From an uncultured Candidatus Peribacteria bacterium (GTDB lineage: Bacteria > Patescibacteriota > Gracilibacteria > Peribacterales > Peribacteraceae): 64,000 bases of DNA. The DNA is taken from NCBI GenBank assembly GCA_964608325.1, contig CAZSMX010000006.1:1426-65425 (forward strand), in the 5' to 3' direction. Under the pieces are notes generated by a model. That model saw only the letters and a program-made list of their open reading frames with translations, was not told the DNA's origin and searched no databases. Below are positions 57,976 through 64,000 of the stretch, piece after piece (positions within the stretch are counted from its first letter, which is position 1; each line of letters starts with the position of its first letter). The translations under genes were made by a program, and so were the position numbers.

Positions 57976-58491
57976 GTGGCCAAAAAACGAGGTTCGGGTT
58001 TGGTTCTCACGTCTCATCATCCGAAGCTTGGATATTTCGCTCTCCTGAGCCGGCGGGGAACATACAATTGGGAGAAGATGGAGCCCGAAAGTTTCCCGGG
58101 TGCCTGCCAAGTGACGTGCCACGGCGGGCTGGAAGGTGACGAGAGTTTCCGTGAAGGTCTCTTCCGCGAAGCGGAGCAGGAACTCGGACCGCAGTTCGCG
58201 AACGCGTTGCGTCTCCACGAAGGCGAGCTGAGGGAAGTCGGCCACAAGGACGATGACCGCGCTGAAGTCGTCACCGAAGGATTGCACGTCGACTACGAGC
58301 TGATCGAAATGATTTTCGCGGATCGGGGTTCGGAAAAATTCGTTCCGTGCACGGTGGAACAGGCCCGGACTATCCGGATTCTCCATCCCAAGGAAGACAG
58401 GGTCAAAGGCGTCACCGACGGAAGCATCGCGATGTTCGGGGATGAAATGGAGGCCGTCGTCCAGGCGCTGGACGACATCGTGGGTTCTTGA
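57976..58491 (+). CDS. Nudix hydrolase-like protein, paralogue 3 (near-canonical Nudix box)
   Basis: GGLEGDESFREGLFREAEQELG versus the consensus Gx5Ex7REUxEExGU. GTG start after GAAGAGG. Confidence 0.6.
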   Translation: MAKKRGSGLVLTSHHPKLGYFALLSRRGTYNWEKMEPESFPGACQVTCHGGLEGDESFREGLFREAEQELGPQFANALRLHEGELREVGHKDDDRAEVVTEGLHVDYELIEMIFADRGSEKFVPCTVEQARTIRILHPKEDRVKGVTDGSIAMFGDEMEAVVQALDDIVGS

Positions 58492-58523
58492 AGAAGCGAA
58501 GCCATATACTACGGAGAAACAAC

Positions 58524-58558
58524 GGGCGGCAATTCCATGCGAGTTGCCGCCCTTTTTA
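58524..58558. terminator. hairpin between the convergent Nudix-like and SEC-C genes
   Basis: 9-bp stem gggcggcaa/ttgccgccc followed by ttttta. Confidence 0.7.
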
Positions 58559-59089
58559 TTTCCTCTTTTTGCCCAGGCAGCACTGTTTGTATTTTTTCCC
58601 GCTGCCGCAGGAGCAGGGATCGTTGCGTCCCGGCGCTTCCTTTGTATTCCTGATGGTTCCGGCTCCGAAACCGCTCATGACTTCCTTCACGTTCCTGCGG
58701 ATTTCCTTTCCCGTCGCGTGTGCCGGGGCGACCTTTTCCAGGACGTGCTGCTTCACGCCTTCCAGGAAACCCTTGTCCGTCGCGCTCACGCCGCCTGTCG
58801 CCATATCCATGCGTACGTCTTCCGGAAGGGTTGCCAGCAGGCTTCGCATTCCTTCCTCGGTCAGTCCGGCAATGTCCACCAAGCTGCCGGAAGGCAAATG
58901 CAGGCGCGCCCTCTGTTCCGCATCCGCTCCATCGCCCTTGGATAGCTCTGTGAGAAGATTCTCGATGCCCTCGGCATCCAGTCCCGATATATCGATCTTG
59001 CTTCCCTCCGGAAGATGCAGTTTCAGTATCCGTTGCGCCAAATCGTCTCCTAACGCATCGTGGCCCGGGGTTTCCGTCTGATTCTCCAT
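58556..59089 (-). CDS. SEC-C motif protein with two internal ~37-aa repeats
   Basis: C-terminal RNDPCSCGSGKKYKQCC. Repeats: LHLPEGSKIDISGLDAEGIENLL and LHLPSGSLVDIAGLTEEGMRSLL. Confidence 0.75.
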   Translation of the reverse strand: MENQTETPGHDALGDDLAQRILKLHLPEGSKIDISGLDAEGIENLLTELSKGDGADAEQRARLHLPSGSLVDIAGLTEEGMRSLLATLPEDVRMDMATGGVSATDKGFLEGVKQHVLEKVAPAHATGKEIRRNVKEVMSGFGAGTIRNTKEAPGRNDPCSCGSGKKYKQCCLGKKRK

Positions 59090-59113
59090 GAAAAAGTGGG
59101 AAAGTATGCGATG

Positions 59114-59266
59114 TTACTCCTTTCCGTTATCGCAACAAGTCTCGCAGAGCGTGCCGCACACCGTGCAATGTTTCTTCAGCCTGCGCTCCTTCAATTCGCC
59201 GCCGCAGACGTAGCACTTGTCTTCGATCGAGCAGGCCGGGTCGTTTACCGGAAGAGTTTCCACCAT
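59114..59266 (-). CDS. 50-aa zinc-ribbon mini-protein
   Basis: MVETLPVNDPACSIEDKCYVCGGELKERRLKKHCTVCGTLCETCCDNGKE (CxxC...CxxC). Confidence 0.45.
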   Translation of the reverse strand: MVETLPVNDPACSIEDKCYVCGGELKERRLKKHCTVCGTLCETCCDNGKE

Positions 59267-59448
59267 GTGAGCAGCAGGGAAACGCCGGTCAGGATGAAGA
59301 ACGACGCGACGATGTAGGCGAGGAGTTCCGGTGCTTCGATGATCGCGAGTCCGAAGACGATGCACACGATGCTCAAAAGCAGAAGCCACGAACGAGCGGC
59401 AGACGATCCCTTTTCGTACGGTTGCCTGGGGCGCATGAGAAACCACAT
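59245..59448 (-). CDS. 67-aa two-TM mini-protein
   Basis: WLLLLSIVCIVFGLAII...LLAYIVASFFILTGVSLLLTWW. The longer ORF form would overlap ogt. Confidence 0.45.
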   Translation of the reverse strand: MWFLMRPRQPYEKGSSAARSWLLLLSIVCIVFGLAIIEAPELLAYIVASFFILTGVSLLLTWWKLFR

Positions 59449-59515
59449 GAACCGATCATAGCATAAATCGTCCGCGTTTGTTTGATTGCGTATTTCTACG
59501 GAGTAGGATGAAAGC

Positions 59516-59986
59516 ATGCAAATGTTCAGGACGTACGTCGATTCGCCAATCGGGCGCGTGCGCATCAGCGGCACGGAGCGCGGCATCACCCACGTGGATT
59601 TCGCGGAGGAAAAGGAAGCGCCGATGGATACTTTGCCCCCGTCCTTCCTGCTCTGCGTCGCGCAGCTCCAGGAATATTTCGACGGTTCCCGCAAGGCGTT
59701 CGATTCGCTCCCGCTCGTTTTGCGCGGGACGGAGTTCCAGCTGAAGGTGTGGGAAGCGACGTCGGACGTCCCTTTCGGGGAGACGGTCCATTACGGCGAT
59801 ATCGCGAAGGCAATCGGACATCCGGATGCGGTCCGCGCGGTCGGAACGGCATTGGGCAGGAATCCCCTGTGCCTCATCGTTCCGTGCCATCGCATCCTTC
59901 CCAAGGGCGAGAACGGGGGAGGGTATGCCTGGGGCTTGGAGAGGAAAGAGTGGTTATTGAAGCATGAAGCGGCCAAAACGGCATAG
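59516..59986 (+). CDS. ogt: methylated-DNA-protein-cysteine methyltransferase
   Basis: YGDIAKAIGHPDAVRAVGTALGRNPLCLIVPCHRI active-site motif. Confidence 0.93.
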   Translation: MQMFRTYVDSPIGRVRISGTERGITHVDFAEEKEAPMDTLPPSFLLCVAQLQEYFDGSRKAFDSLPLVLRGTEFQLKVWEATSDVPFGETVHYGDIAKAIGHPDAVRAVGTALGRNPLCLIVPCHRILPKGENGGGYAWGLERKEWLLKHEAAKTA

Positions 59987-60073
59987 AAACGGCCATTTTC
60001 GATTGATTTTCGGCCTTCGAGAGCCTATAAGGGTGGCTCCCGATTTCGGGATGCTTTTTTGACCCTCTTTCGT

Positions 60074-61885
60074 ATGGAAATCCGCAATATCGCCATTATC
60101 GCCCACGTCGACCACGGCAAGACGACCCTCGTCGATGCCCTTCTCAAGCAAGGAGGCGCCTTCAACGACCACGAAGCGGTGGGGGAATTGATGATGGACA
60201 GCAACGATCAGGAGCGTGAGCGCGGCATCACCATCTATGCGAAGAACTGCAGCATCCGTTACAAGGATACGATCATCAACATCGTCGATACGCCGGGACA
60301 TGCCGACTTCGGATCCGAAGTGGAGCGCATCCTGCGCACCGTCGACTGCGTGCTTCTCCTCGTGGACGCGCAGGAAGGTCCGATGCCGCAGACGAAGTTC
60401 GTGTTGAAGAAGTCGTTGCAACTCGGCATCCGCCCCATCGTGGTCATCAACAAGATCGACAAGCCCGCCGCCCGCCCGATGAAAGTGGTCGACATGGTCT
60501 TCGACCTCTTCGGAGCCCTCGGCGCCAACAACGAACAGTTGGACTTCCCCTACGTCTTCGCCATCGCCCGCGAGGGAATCGCGAAGAAGAACCTGGAAGA
60601 CGAGTCCAAGGACCTTACGCCGCTCTTCGAACTCGTTATGCAGCACGTGAAGCCCGCGGAGCAGAACCTCACGGCGCCGTTCCGCATGCAGCCCAGCTCC
60701 CTCGGATATGATAACTTCGTGGGACGCCTCGCCATCGGACGCGTGTTCGAAGGAGTCGCGCACGTCGGTGACGCCGTGTTCGTGAAGGCCGAAGGAAAGG
60801 AAACGCGCCGCGGCAAGATCACCAAGATCTTCAAGTACCAGGGAATGAAGCGCATGGAAGCGCAGGAAGCGAGCGCCGGCGACATCCTCATCCTCGCCGG
60901 AATCCCGGACATCTACGTGGGAGAGACGATCACGACCGATGAGAACGTGGAGACGTTGCCCGCCATCCGTATCGATCCTCCGACCGTCACGATGACGTTC
61001 CTCGTCAACGATTCCCCGTTCGCGGGCAAGGAAGGAAAGCTCGTCACCACCCGCCACATCCGCGAGCGCCTCTTCAAGGAGAAGGAAACGAACGTCGGAC
61101 TCGAAGTGGCCGAAGTGCCCAACAGCGATTCCTACAAGGTATCCGGACGCGGCGAGCTCCACCTCTCGGTGTTGCTCGAGCAGATGCGCCGCGAGGGATT
61201 CGAGATCCAGGTGTCGCGCCCGCAGGTGATCATGCGCGACGGACCGAGCGGAAAGGAGGAGCCGATCGAGCAGGCGATCATCGACGTGCCGGAATCCAAC
61301 GCCGGAACGATCATCGACATGATGAACAGGCGCAAGGCCGAACTCGTCGACATGCGCACGGAGGAAGGACACACCCGCATCGAATTCAAGGTCCCGACGC
61401 GCGGACTCCTCGGTTTCCGCGGAGACTTCATCATCGAGACGCGCGGCGAGGGAATCCTGAACCACTCGTTCCTCGCGTACGAACCGTACAAGGGTGACCT
61501 GCCGGGACGTTCCCGCGGCTCCATGATCTCCATGATCGCCGGCGAGGCGATGGGATTCGACCTGTGGAAGCTCGAGGAGCGCGGCAAGCTGTTCATCGTC
61601 CCGCAGACGAAGATCTACGAAGGCATGATCGTCGGCGAGAGTGCCAAGGACCAGGATATGGTCGTGAACGTCACCAAGGGAAAGAAGCTCACGAACATGC
61701 GCGCCTCCGGAAGCGACGAAGCCACCAAGCTCACGCCGATCAAGCCGATGAGCTTGGAGGAAGCGTTGGAATACATCGACGAGGATGAACTCGTCGAGAT
61801 CACGCCGACGTCCATCCGCCTGCGCAAGAAGCTCCTCACGGAAAACGAGCGCAAGCGTGCAGGAAAGAGCGCTGCATCGGAATAA
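60074..61885 (+). CDS. typA: translational GTPase TypA/BipA
   Basis: IRNIAIIAHVDHGKTTL, DTPGHADF, NKID and the BipA-type C-terminus. Confidence 0.96.
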   Translation: MEIRNIAIIAHVDHGKTTLVDALLKQGGAFNDHEAVGELMMDSNDQERERGITIYAKNCSIRYKDTIINIVDTPGHADFGSEVERILRTVDCVLLLVDAQEGPMPQTKFVLKKSLQLGIRPIVVINKIDKPAARPMKVVDMVFDLFGALGANNEQLDFPYVFAIAREGIAKKNLEDESKDLTPLFELVMQHVKPAEQNLTAPFRMQPSSLGYDNFVGRLAIGRVFEGVAHVGDAVFVKAEGKETRRGKITKIFKYQGMKRMEAQEASAGDILILAGIPDIYVGETITTDENVETLPAIRIDPPTVTMTFLVNDSPFAGKEGKLVTTRHIRERLFKEKETNVGLEVAEVPNSDSYKVSGRGELHLSVLLEQMRREGFEIQVSRPQVIMRDGPSGKEEPIEQAIIDVPESNAGTIIDMMNRRKAELVDMRTEEGHTRIEFKVPTRGLLGFRGDFIIETRGEGILNHSFLAYEPYKGDLPGRSRGSMISMIAGEAMGFDLWKLEERGKLFIVPQTKIYEGMIVGESAKDQDMVVNVTKGKKLTNMRASGSDEATKLTPIKPMSLEEALEYIDEDELVEITPTSIRLRKKLLTENERKRAGKSAASE

Positions 61886-61934
61886 AGCATCGCACAAGCC
61901 AAAATCCGGTTGTGTTGGTGTATGATTTGGTGCG

Positions 61935-64000
61935 ATGTTCCACTCGTTGTCATCGGACGAAACGCTCATCCGTCTCGGAAGTTTCCGCGAGGGATTGGAC
62001 GACGCGTCCATTGAGTTGAAGCGCAAGGAGCACGGATGGAACGAATTGCCCCATAAGAAGAAGAGTTTGATTCTCCTGTTCCTGCGCCAGTTCCAGGATA
62101 TTTTGGTGTATATACTCATTGCGGCGCTCTTCCTGTCCATCGCATTGCGCGTGCTGGAAGGCTCCGGATCCTGGGAGGAGAACGTCGATATCGGCGCCAT
62201 CCTGGCGATCCTGATCCTTAACGCGGTCCTCGGGTTCGTGCAGGAGTACCGCGCGGGGAAGGCGCTCGAGAGTTTGCAGCAACTGACGTCCCCGCATGCC
62301 CGCGTGCGCAGGGCCGGCCGCGAGATGCTCATAACGTCCCGTGAACTCGTTCCCGGAGACATCGTCATCGTGGAAGCCGGCGACCGCATCTCCGCCGACG
62401 GACGCATTTTGGAATTGTCGCATGCCGAGGCGGACGAATCGAGCCTGACGGGCGAGAGCTTGCCGGCCGGGAAAACGAGCGATGCCGTATCGCGCGATGC
62501 GGGGATCAGCGATCAGAAGAACATGCTCTTCGCAGGAACCCTCGTCACCCGCGGTTCCGCGGAGTACGTCGTTACGTCCATCGGCAAGGATACGCAGATC
62601 GGCACCATCGCCACCCTCGTCACGCAATCCGAAACGCCGCCGACGCCGCTGGAAAACCGCATGAAGCATTTCAGCGCGCTCATCGGCGCCGTCGTCGTTC
62701 CGCTCAGCGCGGCGCTTGCGGTATTGCAATGGTATCGCGGCGAGCCGGTCATGTCGGTCGTTCTGCTCGGCGTCAGTCTTGCGGTATCCGCCGTCCCGGA
62801 AGGATTACCCGCCGTCGTCACCGCTTGCTTGGCAATGGGCGTGAAGCGCATGGCCGCGAAGAACGCCCTCGTCATGCGGCTCGACGCACTCGAAACTCTG
62901 GGCAGCGTTAACATCATCTGTTCCGATAAGACGGGTACCATCACGGAGAACAAGATGAAGGTGACGGAGATCTGGGTGGCGGAAGGGGAGAGCGAGAAGC
63001 TGCTCGTCCAGATCGCCATTTCCTGCAACCGCGCGTCCTTGCCGAACCTGGGCGATCCCACGGAGATCGGGCTCCTCCATTACGCGAAAGGAAAAGGCAT
63101 CGAGCGCTTGGACATCGACGAGGAAACGGTGCCGTTCAGTTCCGAGCTCAAGTACATGCAGACCCGCCACGGGCCGAGGCTGTTCATGAAGGGCGCGCCG
63201 GAAAAAATCGTCACCCTGTGCGACCATTGCGACCATGCGGAAGTGCTGGCGCAGACGATGCGCATGGCTGGCAACGGGCTGCGCGTTCTCGCCATGGCCA
63301 TGGAGGAAAAGGGCGAGCTGCGCCTCATCGGTCTCATGGGTATGCAGGATCCTCCGCGCAAGGAAGTGATGCGCGCCATGAGGGATGCCGCATCCGCCGG
63401 CATCCGCACCGTGATGATCACGGGCGATAACGTGGATACCGCTTCCGCGATCGCGAAGAAAGTCGGCATCAAGGGGCACGCGCTCGACGGGGCGGCGCTC
63501 GATCGCATGACGCCGGAACAGCTGAAGGATGCCGTACAGTTCGTTTCCATCTACGCGCGCGTGTCGCCGCAGCACAAGATCGACATCCTGAAAGCGCTGC
63601 AATCCCACGGCAACGTGGTGGCCATGACGGGAGACGGCGTGAACGACGCACCCGCCTTGAAGGCCGCGCACGTCGGCATCGCGATGGGGCGCGACGGGAC
63701 GCAGGTGGCGCGCGAGGCGGCAAGCCTGGTCCTGACGGACGACAACTACGCGACGATTGTCATGGCGATACGCGAAGGGAGGCGCATCTACGACAACATC
63801 CGCAAGTTCATCCTGTATCTCGTACGCGCGAACCTGGGGCAGATGGCGCTCATCACGCTGACGGTCATCATGGGTCTGCCGCTGCCCCTCCTGCCCGTCC
63901 ATTTGCTGTGGATTAACCTTATGACCGACGGATTGCCCGCGCTCGCGCTGGGCATGGAGAACGAAGAGCCGGGCATCATGCAGCGCCTGCCCCGAAAGCA
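61935..64000 (+). CDS. P-type cation-transporting ATPase (Ca2+/Mg2+-type, P2-like), 3'-truncated by the window end
   Basis: Not in the ORF track because it has no stop inside the window. N-terminus [16 protein letters not shown]...[25 protein letters not shown] phosphorylation site near 62920. [13 protein letters not shown] hinge near 63625. Confidence 0.92.
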   Translation, partial: MFHSLSSDETLIRLGSFREGLDDASIELKRKEHGWNELPHKKKSLILLFLRQFQDILVYILIAALFLSIALRVLEGSGSWEENVDIGAILAILILNAVLGFVQEYRAGKALESLQQLTSPHARVRRAGREMLITSRELVPGDIVIVEAGDRISADGRILELSHAEADESSLTGESLPAGKTSDAVSRDAGISDQKNMLFAGTLVTRGSAEYVVTSIGKDTQIGTIATLVTQSETPPTPLENRMKHFSALIGAVVVPLSAALAVLQWYRGEPVMSVVLLGVSLAVSAVPEGLPAVVTACLAMGVKRMAAKNALVMRLDALETLGSVNIICSDKTGTITENKMKVTEIWVAEGESEKLLVQIAISCNRASLPNLGDPTEIGLLHYAKGKGIERLDIDEETVPFSSELKYMQTRHGPRLFMKGAPEKIVTLCDHCDHAEVLAQTMRMAGNGLRVLAMAMEEKGELRLIGLMGMQDPPRKEVMRAMRDAASAGIRTVMITGDNVDTASAIAKKVGIKGHALDGAALDRMTPEQLKDAVQFVSIYARVSPQHKIDILKALQSHGNVVAMTGDGVNDAPALKAAHVGIAMGRDGTQVAREAASLVLTDDNYATIVMAIREGRRIYDNIRKFILYLVRANLGQMALITLTVIMGLPLPLLPVHLLWINLMTDGLPALALGMENEEPGIMQRLPRK

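Overview
High-GC bacterial window on the standard genetic code. The first 22.5 kb is an S10-spc-alpha ribosomal-protein super-operon: rplC to rpsE, then rplO-secY-adk-map-infA-rpmJ-rpsM-rpsK-rpsD-rpoA-rplQ-rplM-rpsI. The rest is mostly housekeeping: dprA, tpiA, rpiB, rpe, ftsH, eno, pyk, ligA, pilT, a family-X DNA polymerase, ogt, typA and a 3'-truncated P-type ATPase. There are also two canonical tRNAs (Thr-CGU, Leu-GAG) and many short lineage-specific hypothetical genes. No rRNA, CRISPR array, transposase, integrase or reverse transcriptase was seen. The missing L30 and rpsJ, the lone pilT, the giant protein and the thin metabolism suggest a CPR/Patescibacteria-like organism, but that is inference only. 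Observations most worth a second look: (1) a three-gene antisense cassette (SLH+CAP protein, acidic 211-aa protein, 997-aa giant protein) sits between rpsE and rplO, exactly where rpmD normally lies; (2) a low-GC islet carries a self-contained 48-codon glycine-rich peptide gene and a signal-less trypsin-like protease, next to a tandem triplet of tRNA-Thr units of which two carry a 41-nt palindromic D-loop insertion; (3) leaders of highly expressed genes are G-depleted and C/T-rich, contain CCCTAA-type repeats and CCTCC, and lack Shine-Dalgarno sequences; (4) a second low-GC island begins inside a TrmB-like regulator gene and supplies it and an orphan histidine kinase with paralogous sensor domains carrying an EF-hand/dockerin-like loop; (5) three tandem Nudix-like paralogues lie behind PolX. 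All functional calls rest on motifs read by eye; no database search was possible.
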